Part shown: positions 31,346 to 41,918 of the stretch, piece after piece
Numbering within the stretch: the first letter of the stretch is position 1
Layout: every line of letters starts with the position of its first letter
Source: Cytophagaceae bacterium
Lineage (GTDB): Bacteria > Bacteroidota > Bacteroidia > Cytophagales > Spirosomataceae
Direction of reading: 5' to 3'
DNA length: 64,000 nucleotides
Assembly (NCBI GenBank): GCA_947494535.1
Contig: CANLVU010000001.1
Coordinates: forward strand, 2,012 to 66,011
Program-made: the position numbers and the translations under genes
The notes under the pieces: generated by a model
Told to the model about the DNA's origin: nothing
The model's input: the letters and a program-made list of their open reading frames with translations, nothing else
The model's database searches: none

Positions 31346-31382
31346 GTAGACAAACTAGTTTAACTCTTTAACCCCTGCTATT

Positions 31383-32018
31383 ATGTCATTAAGATTAGGA
31401 GATATTGCACCAGACTTTAGCGCTGATACGACGCTAGGTCATATAAATTTTCACGAATTTATTGGTGATTCTTGGGTATTGTTATTTAGTCATCCTGCGG
31501 ATTTCACCCCGGTTTGTACAACTGAATTAGGTAAGACCGCACTTTTAAATGGTGAATTCCAAAAACGCCATGTAAAGCCAATCGCAATTTCAGTCGATAG
31601 TTTAGAGTCACACAACAAATGGGTACCAGATATCGAGGAGGTGAATTCTGTAAAGATGAATTTCCCCATCATCGCAGATCCAGAGAAAACAGTAGCCTTG
31701 TTATATGATATGATTCACCCTAATGCATCTGAAAAAGCAACTGTACGCTCAGTGTTTGTTATTGGACCAGATAAGAAAATTAAATTAACGCTTACTTACC
31801 CAGCATCAACGGGACGAAATTTTACTGAAATTTTGCGAGTGATTGATTCACTTCAATTAACAGCAAACTACCAGGTTGCGACACCTGCAGATTGGGTCAA
31901 TGGGGATGATGTGATCATCGTTCCATCCGTTTCAAATGAAGAGGCGGTGACTAAATTTCCAAAAGGATTTACCTCCGTAAAACCCTATCTACGCAAAACT
32001 CCTCAACCGAATTTATAA
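31383..32018 (+). CDS. 1-Cys peroxiredoxin (Prx6 family)
   Basis: FSHPADFTPVCTTE, YPASTGRNF and TPADW motifs. Confidence 0.95.
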   Translation: MSLRLGDIAPDFSADTTLGHINFHEFIGDSWVLLFSHPADFTPVCTTELGKTALLNGEFQKRHVKPIAISVDSLESHNKWVPDIEEVNSVKMNFPIIADPEKTVALLYDMIHPNASEKATVRSVFVIGPDKKIKLTLTYPASTGRNFTEILRVIDSLQLTANYQVATPADWVNGDDVIIVPSVSNEEAVTKFPKGFTSVKPYLRKTPQPNL

Positions 32019-32036
32019 TCGGTTAAAATGCTCGAT

Positions 32037-32076
32037 AAATGCCAAGATTCATTAAACGTGGATTTTGGCATTTTTT
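32037..32076 (+). terminator. Intrinsic terminator after the peroxiredoxin
   Basis: AAATGCCAAGATTCAT...GTGGATTTTGGCATTT stem followed by a T run. Confidence 0.75.
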
Positions 32077-32088
32077 ATTTTAAAACCG

Positions 32089-32096
32089 TATTTTTG
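32089..32096 (+). promoter_or_regulatory. -7 element TATTTTTG for pgi
   Basis: TAnnTTTG 21 nt before the start. Confidence 0.65.
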
Positions 32097-32117
32097 TAGC
32101 TCATTAATATAATCCGC

Positions 32118-33764
32118 ATGTTATCAACGATTAATTTTACTTCTACCTCCGCTTATAAAGCTTTACTTTTTGATCAAACTCGTTTGGCCTCTATTACGAT
32201 CGCTCAATTGTTTCAACAAGATTCAAAAAGACAAGCTACGTATAGCCAAACATTTAACGGCATATTCTTTGACTATTCGAAAAATCTAATTGATGAAAAG
32301 TCTTTTCATTCTCTATTACTATTAGCTAAAGAATGTGGGTTAGAAAGCGCAATTAAAGCACAGTTTCAAGGTGACAAGATCAATCAGACGGAAGGTCGTT
32401 CGGTTTTGCATACCGCATTAAGAGCCAAATCAACTGCCTCAGTAAAGGTGGATGGAGAAGATATTATCCCTAAAATTCAAGCCGTAAAGGCACAGATGAA
32501 GGAATTTTCTGAGAAAGTAATCTCAGGTGCATGGAGAGGTTTTTCTGGCAAAGAAATTACAGATGTGGTAAACATCGGAATTGGAGGATCTGACCTAGGT
32601 CCCGTAATGGTGACAGAGGCATTAAAACCATATAAAACTCGATTAAATGTTCACTTTGTTAGTAATGTGGATGGCACACACATCGCAGAAACCTTAAAGA
32701 AAGTGAATCCAGAGACTACCCTTTTCTTAATTGCTTCTAAAACATTCACTACTCAAGAAACGATGGCGAATGCTTTTTCAGCTAGGGATTGGTTCTTAGC
32801 TGCGGCTAAAGACAATGCAGCCGTTGCTAAGCATTTTGTGGCATTATCCACAAATTCGAAATCAGTAGCAGAATTTGGCATAGATACGGCGAACATGTTT
32901 GTATTCTGGGATTGGGTAGGTGGTCGTTATTCTTTATGGTCTGCCATCGGATTATCAATCTGTCTTTCAGTAGGATACGATCATTTTGAAGCCCTTTTAG
33001 CAGGTGCAGAAGCTATGGACAGTCATTTTGCTTCAGCAACATTTGAAAACAACATCCCGGTAATCTTAGGTTTACTTGGTATTTGGTACGTTAATTTCTT
33101 CAATGCCCCTACGCACGCTATTCTACCATATGACCAATATATGCACCGTTTTGCCGCCTATTTCCAACAAGGAGATATGGAATCGAATGGAAAGACGATT
33201 GATCGTTCTGGCAAGCGTGTTAACTATGCTACGGGACCAGTTATTTGGGGAGAACCGGGTACAAATGGCCAACATGCATTCTATCAGTTGATCCACCAAG
33301 GAACTCAATTAATTCCAGCTGATTTCATTGCTCCCGCCGTAACGCACAATAAAATAGGTAATCACCACACCTTGTTGATGTCGAATTTCTTTGCACAAAC
33401 AGAGGCATTAATGAATGGTAAGTCGAAAGAGGTGGTAGTCTCTGAATTGCAAAAAGCAGGTTTAAGCGAAAAGGAAATCGAAAAATTAGCCCCATTCAAG
33501 GTATTTGAAGGAAATAAACCAACTAATTCATTCCTAGTAAAGCAAATCGATCCAGGTACTTTAGGTTCTCTAATAGCGATGTATGAACACAAGATATTTG
33601 TTCTGGGTGTAATCTGGAACATCTTTAGCTACGATCAGTGGGGTGTAGAATTAGGAAAGCAATTAGCTAATTCGATTCTTCCTGAATTAGAGAATGAAGA
33701 AAAAATAACTTCTCACGATTCTTCAACTAATGGACTGATTAATCAATTCAAAGCCTGGAGATAA
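32118..33764 (+). CDS. pgi: Glucose-6-phosphate isomerase
   Basis: [34 protein letters not shown] and DQWGVELGK motifs. Confidence 0.98.
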   Translation: MLSTINFTSTSAYKALLFDQTRLASITIAQLFQQDSKRQATYSQTFNGIFFDYSKNLIDEKSFHSLLLLAKECGLESAIKAQFQGDKINQTEGRSVLHTALRAKSTASVKVDGEDIIPKIQAVKAQMKEFSEKVISGAWRGFSGKEITDVVNIGIGGSDLGPVMVTEALKPYKTRLNVHFVSNVDGTHIAETLKKVNPETTLFLIASKTFTTQETMANAFSARDWFLAAAKDNAAVAKHFVALSTNSKSVAEFGIDTANMFVFWDWVGGRYSLWSAIGLSICLSVGYDHFEALLAGAEAMDSHFASATFENNIPVILGLLGIWYVNFFNAPTHAILPYDQYMHRFAAYFQQGDMESNGKTIDRSGKRVNYATGPVIWGEPGTNGQHAFYQLIHQGTQLIPADFIAPAVTHNKIGNHHTLLMSNFFAQTEALMNGKSKEVVVSELQKAGLSEKEIEKLAPFKVFEGNKPTNSFLVKQIDPGTLGSLIAMYEHKIFVLGVIWNIFSYDQWGVELGKQLANSILPELENEEKITSHDSSTNGLINQFKAWR

Positions 33765-33767
33765 AAA

Positions 33768-35129
33768 CTATTGCAATAAAGTGATCATTTCAGAAATGGA
33801 GAGCAGGTTCTGTTCTCCATTTTTCATATTCTTAACGTTCGCTTTTCCTTCTTTCAACTCTGACTCCCCTATTACGGCTACGTAAGCTATTTTCTTCTTG
33901 TCAGCGAACTCGAACGACTTCTTGATTTTGGCAATATCTGGATAAACCTCAGCTGGAATTCCTGCTTTACGCAATTCATTTGCCATTCCTAAACTTGCTT
34001 TACGTCCAGTTTCATCAAAATAAGTAAATAAGATGGCACTAGCGCTCGTGGCGATCTCAGGGAATAATTTTAATTCTTCCATCACATCTAGGATACGCTC
34101 AATCCCAAAAGAGATTCCCACTCCTGACATATTAGGCAAACCAAAAGAACTCGTCAAATCATCATAACGACCTCCTCCTACGATAGATCCAAAAGGTAGA
34201 TCAACGGCTTTACCCTCATAAATCAACCCCGTATAATAGCTTAAGCCGCGAGCTAATTTGTAATCGAAAACAAGATTATCGGAAGAAAAACCATTAGTCT
34301 CAGATAAGGACAAAACCTCTTTTATTTCTGCTAAACCTTGTAAACCGACAACATTAGAACCAAAAAAGCTAGTCAATTTGGCAATTTTCTCTTCATTTGT
34401 TCCTTCAAACAATACAAGATCCTTAATAGCATCCGATTTCTCTTGAGTAAAACCATTTTCTTCTAACTCTTTTGCCACATTCTCCCAACCAATCTTATCC
34501 AGTTTATCTAAGGCTACAGTGAAAGTTACAAAACGCTTACTTTCACCTAAACTGTCAACTATACCAACTAATATCTTACGAGAATTTAAAAATAAATTAA
34601 CACGTAGCTTTAACGAATTGAAAATCGATTGAAATAAGGCAATAAGCTCTGCCTCATTTACTAATGAATCAGAACCAATAATATCGGCATCGCATTGATA
34701 AAACTCACGGTAGCGACCACGCTGCGGACGATCTGCCCTCCAAACCGGTTGAATTTGATATCTACGGAATGGAAAAGCTAGCTCATTCCGATTCATTGCA
34801 ACGAAGCGCGCAAAGGGTACCGTTAAATCATAACGAAGGCCTTTTTCAGAAATTTTCGATGTGAATGATTTTGAACCTGCATCGATGTCGGATGCAGAAA
34901 CTTTGGACAAATAATCACCACTATTTAATATTTTAAATAATAACTGATCCCCCTCTTCCCCATACTTACCAGTTAAAGTAGATAGGTTTTCAATGGCAGA
35001 AGTCTCAATTGTTTGGAAGCCAAATCCTTGAAAATGAGTCTTTATAATGTCGAAAACGTAATTACGTCTTGCCATTTCTGTAGGACCAAAATCCCTAGTA
35101 CCTCGTGCGTTTGCTGGTTTCTGCATCAT
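33768..35129 (-). CDS. hisS: Histidine--tRNA ligase
   Basis: GTRDF, LRYDLT, RYREFYQCD, RGLSYYTG, GGGRYD and FGIERI motifs. Confidence 0.98.
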   Translation of the reverse strand: MMQKPANARGTRDFGPTEMARRNYVFDIIKTHFQGFGFQTIETSAIENLSTLTGKYGEEGDQLLFKILNSGDYLSKVSASDIDAGSKSFTSKISEKGLRYDLTVPFARFVAMNRNELAFPFRRYQIQPVWRADRPQRGRYREFYQCDADIIGSDSLVNEAELIALFQSIFNSLKLRVNLFLNSRKILVGIVDSLGESKRFVTFTVALDKLDKIGWENVAKELEENGFTQEKSDAIKDLVLFEGTNEEKIAKLTSFFGSNVVGLQGLAEIKEVLSLSETNGFSSDNLVFDYKLARGLSYYTGLIYEGKAVDLPFGSIVGGGRYDDLTSSFGLPNMSGVGISFGIERILDVMEELKLFPEIATSASAILFTYFDETGRKASLGMANELRKAGIPAEVYPDIAKIKKSFEFADKKKIAYVAVIGESELKEGKANVKNMKNGEQNLLSISEMITLLQ

Positions 35130-35167
35130 ATCTAAAAAACAAATTTAATTAATTATGCTATAATATT

Positions 35168-35197
35168 TTTGATAATAGTCGATTTTAGCTATTTTTG
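35168..35197 (+). promoter_or_regulatory. Promoter for the small basic protein gene (a divergent hisS -7 element lies at 35140-35147)
   Basis: TTTG (35168-71), 18-nt spacer, TATTTTTG (35190-97). Confidence 0.65.
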
Positions 35198-35217
35198 CAA
35201 ACCAAATTATCAAAGAC

Positions 35218-35361
35218 ATGGCAGTAACAAGACTAAAACGTAAAGACAGAAGAAATAAAGCAGTAGCTAACAACAAGGTTGCAGCTATCAAAATCTTAAA
35301 GGCAAGACCTATCATCAAGTTAGTTGATGTAGAAGCTATTAAAGCTAGCTTTGCTAAATAA
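35218..35361 (+). CDS. Unannotated 47-aa basic protein MAVTRLKRKDRRNKAVANNKVAAIKILKARPIIKLVDVEAIKASFAK
   Basis: ATG..TAA frame with its own promoter and terminator; codon choices resemble groEL (GCT, AAA, ATC, AAC). Too short for the ORF track. Confidence 0.88.
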   Translation: MAVTRLKRKDRRNKAVANNKVAAIKILKARPIIKLVDVEAIKASFAK

Positions 35362-35381
35362 GAATAATATTCTTTAAATTT

Positions 35382-35405
35382 AAACCGGTTTATGCCGGTT
35401 TTTTT
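35382..35405 (+). terminator. Intrinsic terminator after the small ORF
   Basis: AAACCGGT-TTAT-GCCGGTTT hairpin plus T run. Confidence 0.85.
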
Positions 35406-35430
35406 ATGTTCAATTTAAACCTCTAACTCT

Positions 35431-36186
35431 ATGAAAAAGACATTATACATCGTATCGGCCCTTATTTTAGGTGCGACTAACTTCGCAATGGCACAAGATC
35501 ACCGTCACGCGAAAGTAAATCCAACGAACCCCAATGATACAGAATATTGGGAACCTAGCATCACAGTAGTCACTCCTGGGGCAGTTCCTTCTGACGCCAT
35601 CCTATTATTTGATGGAAAAAATCTAGATAACTGGGAATCTGCCAGAGATGGTTCACCAGCTCGTTGGAAAGTGGCTGATGGAAAAATGACCGTAGTAGGC
35701 AAAACAGGTAATATTTCTACTAAAGAAAAATTTACTAATTATCAATTACACATCGAATGGCAAACTCCTATTGAGCCGGAGACTTTAAAAAGCCAAGGTA
35801 AAGGGAACAGTGGAGTATTTATGCAAGGAATGTATGAGGTTCAGGTAATGAACTCGTATCAAAACCCCACTTACCGAAATGGTCAAGCTGGTTCTATATA
35901 TAAGCAAACTCCTCCATTAGTGAATGCTTCCTCTAAAATGGGAGAATGGAATACCTATGATATTATTTACACAGCGCCAATTTTTACAGTAAACGGAGGA
36001 ATTGATACACCTGCTTACATAACAGTTATTCATAATGGAATTGTGATTCAGAATCATACCAAGATTCAAGGCACAACGGAATATATAGGTCAACCTTTAA
36101 ATCCCGTTCACGGTCCTGGCCCTATAAGCCTTCAAGATCACGGAAATGCGGTTAGTTATCGAAATATTTGGTTAAGAAAAATGTAA
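35431..36186 (+). CDS. Secreted DUF1080 (3-keto-disaccharide hydrolase family) protein
   Basis: Signal peptide; PSDAILLFDG, GNSGVF, YEVQV, WNTYDI and LQDHG..YRNIW motifs. Confidence 0.92.
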   Translation: MKKTLYIVSALILGATNFAMAQDHRHAKVNPTNPNDTEYWEPSITVVTPGAVPSDAILLFDGKNLDNWESARDGSPARWKVADGKMTVVGKTGNISTKEKFTNYQLHIEWQTPIEPETLKSQGKGNSGVFMQGMYEVQVMNSYQNPTYRNGQAGSIYKQTPPLVNASSKMGEWNTYDIIYTAPIFTVNGGIDTPAYITVIHNGIVIQNHTKIQGTTEYIGQPLNPVHGPGPISLQDHGNAVSYRNIWLRKM

Positions 36187-36203
36187 TAAATTTCTTAATT
36201 TTG

Positions 36204-36240
36204 AAGGGAAGGTTTTAAACATAAAAGCCTTCCCTTTTTT
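36204..36240 (+). terminator. Intrinsic terminator after the DUF1080 gene
   Basis: AAGGGAAGGTTTT...AAAAGCCTTCCCTT stem plus T run. Confidence 0.8.
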
Positions 36241-36246
36241 GTTTCT

Positions 36247-37011
36247 ATGAAATATATCATTAGCTGGGTTTTACGATTTATCCCGAGAAAATTCATTCAA
36301 TTATTCGCACACAGACTCATTAAAATATACAGTATTTTTCTAAGTGGAAATAAAGTCTATTGTCCTGTTTGTGATCATTCCTTTCGTCATTTCTTACCAT
36401 ATGGCCGATTAACGCCACGTGAAAATGCGCTTTGTCCTTCTTGTCTAAGTTTGGAGCGTCATCGTTTAATGTATTTATATTTAAAAAACGAGACATCATT
36501 TTTCACGGATAAACCTAAATTATTGCACATCGCACCAGAATATTGCTTTATAGAACGTTTTGAGCAGCATTTAGGCGATCAATATATAACTGCAGATATC
36601 GAAAGTCCTTTAGCAAAAGTAAAAATGGATTTACACGATATTCCCTTTGAGGATAATACATTTGATGCGGTATTTTGCAACCACGTTTTGGAACACGTAA
36701 AAGATGATGTGCGCTGTATGCAGGAAATCAGACGGGTATTAAAGCCATCCGGATTTGCTTTATGCCAAAGTCCACAACGCTACGATCTCGCAACTACCTA
36801 TGAAGATGCAAGCATTACGGATCCAAGAGAAAGAGAGATTCATTTCTTACAAGATGATCACTTGCGAATCTATGGCCGCGATTACGGAACCCAATTAGAG
36901 AAATCTGGCTTTCAAGTAGAATCGGTAAATCTCATCGAAAAACTGGGTTTATCTGAAAGTAACAGAATGGCTTTACCACTAGAAGAAATCATTTACGTTT
37001 GTCGCAAATAA
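36247..37011 (+). CDS. Class I SAM-dependent methyltransferase-like protein with N-terminal CxxC..CxxC
   Basis: CPVC/CPSC..SLERHR, LHIAPE, CNHVLEHV and RVLKP motifs. Confidence 0.85.
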   Translation: MKYIISWVLRFIPRKFIQLFAHRLIKIYSIFLSGNKVYCPVCDHSFRHFLPYGRLTPRENALCPSCLSLERHRLMYLYLKNETSFFTDKPKLLHIAPEYCFIERFEQHLGDQYITADIESPLAKVKMDLHDIPFEDNTFDAVFCNHVLEHVKDDVRCMQEIRRVLKPSGFALCQSPQRYDLATTYEDASITDPREREIHFLQDDHLRIYGRDYGTQLEKSGFQVESVNLIEKLGLSESNRMALPLEEIIYVCRK

Positions 37012-37012
37012 G

Positions 37013-38302
37013 ATGAGATATACTCCATTTTCAGCTGAATTATTCAAAAAGAATCGGGCGAAGTTGTACGCACAACTCCCGCCTAAATCCATCGTTGTTG
37101 TTAGTTCCAATGACATTATGCCTACGAATGCAGATGGTACGATGGGTTTCAAACAAAACAGCGATTTATTTTATTTGTCCGGATTAGATCAAGAGGAAAC
37201 GTTATTGATTTTATATCCAGACGCCCCAGAAGCACAGTGGAGAGAAATTGCTTTTGTGCGCGAAACATCGGAATTAATCGAGATTTGGGAAGGACATAAG
37301 TATACCAAAGACGAGGCGATTCAAACCTCCGGCATTAAAAACATCCAATGGACTTCTAATTTCGATACACTTCTAAAGACGTTAATTTATTCAGCGAATC
37401 ATCTCTATTTGACTGATAATGAACATTTACGCAACGCATCTGCCGTTCAAACGCAGAATGCACGCTTAGGAGCTACTTTACGAAGTACCTATCCGAATCA
37501 CACCATTGGTCGCCTCGCTCCTATTTTGAGCGATTTACGTATGCAGAAAGAACCAGAAGAAATACAAGCACTACAAGTCGCTTGTGACATAACTGAGAAA
37601 GGCTTTAGGCGCGTATTGAATTTTACTAAACCGGGTATAACTGAATACGAGATAGAAGCAGAATTCATTCACGAATTCACACGTAATCGATCAGAGGGCT
37701 TTGCCTACACACCTATTATTGCGTCCGGAGCTAATGCGTGCGTGCTACATTACATAGACAACGCGCTACCTTGTAAAGACGGGGATCTGCTTTTATTAGA
37801 CGTTGGAGCTTCATACGCAAATTACAATGCTGACATGACACGTACCATTCCGGTCAATGGAAGATTTAGTCCTCGTCAAAAGCAGGTGTATCAGGCAGTC
37901 CACACTGTATTGGACTACGCTACAGAAATTATGCAGCCAGGGGTGTTTTGGGTAGATTACCAGAAAGAGGTCGAGCGATTTATGGAAGGCCAACTAATCG
38001 ATTTAGGTTTGTTCTCCCGTGCAGATGTGGAGAAACAAAATCCGGCGAACCCTCACTTTAAAAAATACTTTATGCATGGAGTAGCTCATCATTTAGGTTT
38101 AGATGTGCACGATGTTTGGGATAAATACAAACCTTTTCAAGAAGGAATGGTTCTTACCTGTGAACCAGGGATTTATATTCAAGAAGAGGGATTGGGAATT
38201 CGTTTGGAAAACAACTTAATCATCAAATCTGGGAAGAATATCAATCTAATGAAAAACATTCCGTTGGATTGGGAGGAAATTGAAGATTTAATGAATCAAT
38301 AA
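37013..38302 (+). CDS. pepP: Xaa-Pro aminopeptidase (M24B)
   Basis: FKQNSDLFYLSG, VLHY, DVGA..ADMTRT, HHLGLDVHD, EPGIY and GIRLE motifs. Confidence 0.92.
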   Translation: MRYTPFSAELFKKNRAKLYAQLPPKSIVVVSSNDIMPTNADGTMGFKQNSDLFYLSGLDQEETLLILYPDAPEAQWREIAFVRETSELIEIWEGHKYTKDEAIQTSGIKNIQWTSNFDTLLKTLIYSANHLYLTDNEHLRNASAVQTQNARLGATLRSTYPNHTIGRLAPILSDLRMQKEPEEIQALQVACDITEKGFRRVLNFTKPGITEYEIEAEFIHEFTRNRSEGFAYTPIIASGANACVLHYIDNALPCKDGDLLLLDVGASYANYNADMTRTIPVNGRFSPRQKQVYQAVHTVLDYATEIMQPGVFWVDYQKEVERFMEGQLIDLGLFSRADVEKQNPANPHFKKYFMHGVAHHLGLDVHDVWDKYKPFQEGMVLTCEPGIYIQEEGLGIRLENNLIIKSGKNINLMKNIPLDWEEIEDLMNQ

Positions 38303-38327
38303 AACGGGTTAAATGCCTTGTTTTGGC

Positions 38328-38335
38328 TATATTTG
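38328..38335 (+). promoter_or_regulatory. -7 element TATATTTG for lepA
   Basis: TAnnTTTG 42 nt before the start. Confidence 0.65.
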
Positions 38336-38377
38336 TAGCTTAGTTTAAGGGGAAGCCCTAAGGAGAAATAATTCTAT

Positions 38378-40165
38378 ATGAAACACCTGCGTAATTTTTG
38401 CATCATTGCCCATATTGATCACGGAAAAAGTACTTTAGCCGATCGTATGATTGAATTCACTAACACCGTACAAAAGCGGGATATGATGAATCAATTACTC
38501 GATGATATGGACTTAGAACGCGAACGTGGGATAACGATTAAATCGCACGCGATTCAAATGCAATATCCAAAGGATGGTGAATTGTATACATTTAACTTGA
38601 TCGATACGCCAGGACACGTCGATTTCTCTTATGAAGTTTCACGCTCCATTGCTGCTTGCGAAGGAGCATTATTAATCGTAGATGCGTCACAAGGTATTGA
38701 AGCACAAACTATTTCTAACCTTTACCTAGCTATCAGCCATGATTTAGAGATCATTCCGGTCTTGAATAAAATTGATTTGCCTGGTGCAATGCCTGATGAG
38801 GTGTCTGATCAGATTATTGATTTAATTGGTTGCAAAAAAGAAGATATCATTCATGCCTCAGGCAAGGAAGGAATAGGCATCAAAGATATTTTAGATGCTG
38901 TGGTAGAACGTATTCCTGCTCCCAAAGGTGAGCCTACTGCCCCACTACAAGCTTTAATCTTTGATTCCACGTTTAACTCATATCGCGGTATTGAAGTAAT
39001 TTTTCGTGTATATAATGGGGAAATTAGAAAAGGTGATAAAGTAAAATTTATCAATACAGGTAAAGAATACCATGCCGATGAAATAGGCACCTTAGGTTTA
39101 GAACAAGAGCCTAAACAAATCATTAAAACGGGTGACGTTGGTTATTTGATATCAGGCATAAAAGAAGCAAAAGAAGTAAAGGTAGGTGATACCATCACGC
39201 ATGTAGCTAATCCTACCGTAACCGCTATTCAAGGTTTTGAAGAAGTTAAACCGATGGTTTTTGCGGGCATATATCCAGTAGAAACATCTGAGTTTGAGGA
39301 CTTACGAGATGCAATGGAAAAGCTTCAATTAAATGATGCTTCTCTAGTTTGGGAGCCAGAAACATCTGCTGCTTTAGGATTTGGATTCCGTTGCGGTTTC
39401 TTGGGCATGCTTCACATGGAAATTGTGCAGGAACGGCTAGAACGCGAATTCGATATGACGGTTATCACGACTGTCCCTTCCGTAAAATTCAAAGTTATTA
39501 CAACTGCGAATGAGGAAATGTGGGTCTCAGCTCCAGCAGAATTACCTGAGCCTAACTTGATTAACATTATAGAAGAACCCTACATTAAAGCTCAAATCAT
39601 CACAAAATCTGAGTATACGGGCGTGATTATGAGTCTTTGTATGGATAAACGTGGTATTTTAGTGAATCAAATCTACCTGACGACGGATCGCGTTGAATTA
39701 ACGTTTGACATGCCGCTTTCTGAGGTAGTTTTTGACTTCTTTGATCGTTTAAAAACGATTTCAAGAGGTTATGCTTCCCTCGATTACGAATACAAAGATT
39801 ACGAACCGGGCGACATGGTTAAATTAGATATCATGTTAAATGGAGAGAAAGTCGATGCTCTGTCAGCTATTGTTCACCGCGATAAAGCTTATGATTGGGG
39901 GAAACGTTTGTGTGAGAAATTACGTGAATTAATTCCAAGGCAACAGTTTGAAATTGCTATTCAAGCAGCGATCGGCCAGAAAATTATTGCGCGTGAGACA
40001 GTGAAGGCGTTGCGTAAGGATGTTTTGGCCAAATGTTATGGCGGTGATATTTCTCGTAAGCGTAAATTATTAGAGAAACAAAAGAAAGGTAAAAAACGCA
40101 TGCGACAAGTGGGTAATGTAGAAATTCCTCAGGAAGCATTTATGGCGGTTCTCAAACTTGATTAA
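38378..40165 (+). CDS. lepA: Translation elongation factor 4
   Basis: [32 protein letters not shown] and [14 protein letters not shown] motifs. Confidence 0.99.
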   Translation: MKHLRNFCIIAHIDHGKSTLADRMIEFTNTVQKRDMMNQLLDDMDLERERGITIKSHAIQMQYPKDGELYTFNLIDTPGHVDFSYEVSRSIAACEGALLIVDASQGIEAQTISNLYLAISHDLEIIPVLNKIDLPGAMPDEVSDQIIDLIGCKKEDIIHASGKEGIGIKDILDAVVERIPAPKGEPTAPLQALIFDSTFNSYRGIEVIFRVYNGEIRKGDKVKFINTGKEYHADEIGTLGLEQEPKQIIKTGDVGYLISGIKEAKEVKVGDTITHVANPTVTAIQGFEEVKPMVFAGIYPVETSEFEDLRDAMEKLQLNDASLVWEPETSAALGFGFRCGFLGMLHMEIVQERLEREFDMTVITTVPSVKFKVITTANEEMWVSAPAELPEPNLINIIEEPYIKAQIITKSEYTGVIMSLCMDKRGILVNQIYLTTDRVELTFDMPLSEVVFDFFDRLKTISRGYASLDYEYKDYEPGDMVKLDIMLNGEKVDALSAIVHRDKAYDWGKRLCEKLRELIPRQQFEIAIQAAIGQKIIARETVKALRKDVLAKCYGGDISRKRKLLEKQKKGKKRMRQVGNVEIPQEAFMAVLKLD

Positions 40166-40239
40166 TAGAGAATAATTATTACATAAAATTTTTAAAAACA
40201 GGGTTTAAAGCGTAATTTTAAACTTTCAAACAAAATAAG

Positions 40240-41862
40240 ATGGCTGAAGTAATTAGAATGCCTAAGATGAGCGACACCATGTTAGAGGGTGTAATCGCTA
40301 ATTGGCTTAAAAAAGAAGGGGACGTTATTAAATCTGGCGACATTATTGCTGAAGTCGAGACAGACAAAGCAACGATGGAATTAGAGAATTACGAAGACGG
40401 AACTTTATTATATATCGGCGTTAAAGTAGGCGAAGCAGTTCCAGTAGATGGGATTATCGCTATTGTAGGAACACCAGGAGAAGATTATTCAGCTCTTTTA
40501 GCTGCACCTATTGCCTCAACTACTTCAGCTCCCGTAGCTTCAGAACCTGTTGCTGCACCAGTTGCAGCTGTATCAGAAGCTCCTGCATCTACACCAGCCA
40601 TAGATTTAAGTGGAGTGAAAGCCATAGCAGTCCGAATGCCTAAAATGAGTGATACGATGATCGAGGGTGTCATCGCCAAGTGGTTAAAAGCCGTAGGTGA
40701 TGTAGTAAAAAGTGGAGATATCATTGCAGAAGTTGAGACAGATAAAGCAACCATGGAATTAGAGAACTATGAAGATGGTACGCTATTATACATTGGTGCT
40801 AAAGAAGGTCAAGGTGTCATCGTAGACGGCGTCATTGCTATCGTAGGTGAGCCAGGTGCTAATTTTCAATTGATTTTAGACGCTGAAGCCGCTCCGAAAG
40901 CCACTTCTCCAGCACCTGTTGTTGCAGCTCCAGTGGCTGCGCCTGTTGCAAGTGCACCAGCACCTGTGATGACAAAGGCGCCTTTAGTGGAAGAAAAAGC
41001 TGCCTCTAAGCCAGGTATAGAGTTGAAAGCAAGTCCTTTAGCTCGTGCTTTGGCAAAAGAAAAAGGATATAACTTAAACTGGATCACAGGAACGGGTGAA
41101 GGTGGTCGTATCACGAAGGCAGATGTAGAAGAATATAATCCGAATTCAGGTGGCTCAAATGCTAACTTCACCGGCGGTGTAGAAAGCTTTGAAGATATTC
41201 CAAACAGCCAGATGCGTAAGACTATCGCGCGTCGTTTATCAGAATCTAAATTCAGCGCTCCGGAATTCTATCTGACGATGGAAATCAACATGGATAAGGC
41301 AATGGAGGCGCGTGTCAGTATGAATGAAACATTCCCAGTGAAGATTTCATTTAATGATATGGTCATCAAGGCTACTGCCCTATCTCTGGCGAAGCATCCT
41401 AAAGTGAACTCCTACTGGATGGAAGACCGTATTCGTGTAAATAAACACGTGCACATTGGTATGGCTGTTGCAGTAGAAGACGGTTTATTAGTTCCTGTAA
41501 TCCGTTTTGCATCCGAGAAATCAATCGCACAAATCTCTGCGGAAGCAAAAGATTTAGGTGCTAAGGCTAAAAATAAATTATTGCAACCGAAAGATTGGGA
41601 AGGTAATACGTTTACCGTTTCCAACTTGGGTATGTTTGGAATTGATCAATTCACTTCGATCATTAATTCACCGGAGTCTTGTATTCTTGCAGTAGGTGGA
41701 ATTAAAGAAACGGTAGGAGTTAAGAATGGCCAATTCTATGCAACCAACATTATGAAATTAACTTTGACTTGTGATCATCGCGTGGTAGATGGTGCAACAG
41801 GGGCTGCGTTCCTGTTAACACTGAAACAATACCTAGAGGATCCGATCAAAATGTTTTTATAA
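40240..41862 (+). CDS. pdhC: Pyruvate dehydrogenase E2 dihydrolipoamide acetyltransferase (two lipoyl domains)
   Basis: Two ETDKA lipoyl motifs, Ala/Pro linkers, ASPLAR..GTGEGGRI and DHRVVDGA. Confidence 0.96.
   Translation: MAEVIRMPKMSDTMLEGVIANWLKKEGDVIKSGDIIAEVETDKATMELENYEDGTLLYIGVKVGEAVPVDGIIAIVGTPGEDYSALLAAPIASTTSAPVASEPVAAPVAAVSEAPASTPAIDLSGVKAIAVRMPKMSDTMIEGVIAKWLKAVGDVVKSGDIIAEVETDKATMELENYEDGTLLYIGAKEGQGVIVDGVIAIVGEPGANFQLILDAEAAPKATSPAPVVAAPVAAPVASAPAPVMTKAPLVEEKAASKPGIELKASPLARALAKEKGYNLNWITGTGEGGRITKADVEEYNPNSGGSNANFTGGVESFEDIPNSQMRKTIARRLSESKFSAPEFYLTMEINMDKAMEARVSMNETFPVKISFNDMVIKATALSLAKHPKVNSYWMEDRIRVNKHVHIGMAVAVEDGLLVPVIRFASEKSIAQISAEAKDLGAKAKNKLLQPKDWEGNTFTVSNLGMFGIDQFTSIINSPESCILAVGGIKETVGVKNGQFYATNIMKLTLTCDHRVVDGATGAAFLLTLKQYLEDPIKMFL
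40258..40857 (+). repeat. Intragenic direct repeat encoding the two lipoyl domains (about 40258-40476 and 40636-40857)
   Basis: MPKMSDTM.EGVIA.WLK..GD..KSGDIIAEVETDKATMELENYEDGTLLYIG occurs twice, offset by 378 nt. Confidence 0.85.
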
Positions 41863-41873
41863 AAATGATTGTT

Positions 41874-41905
41874 TAAGCCTCGAATAACCTCGGGGCTTAA
41901 TTTTT
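41874..41905 (+). terminator. Intrinsic terminator after pdhC
   Basis: TAAGCCTCGA...TCGGGGCTTA hairpin plus T run. Confidence 0.75.
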
Positions 41906-41918
41906 ATCAATAAATACC

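Noticed and set aside
32037-32076. TGCCAA...TTGGCA as another copy of the groES operator or a sigma54 promoter
   Set aside because: It forms a long stem with a T run right after a stop codon, so it is better read as a terminator; pgi has its own TAnnTTTG.
41863-41918. His leader peptide attenuator before hisG
   Set aside because: No His-codon-rich leader ORF; the hairpin fits the pdhC terminator.
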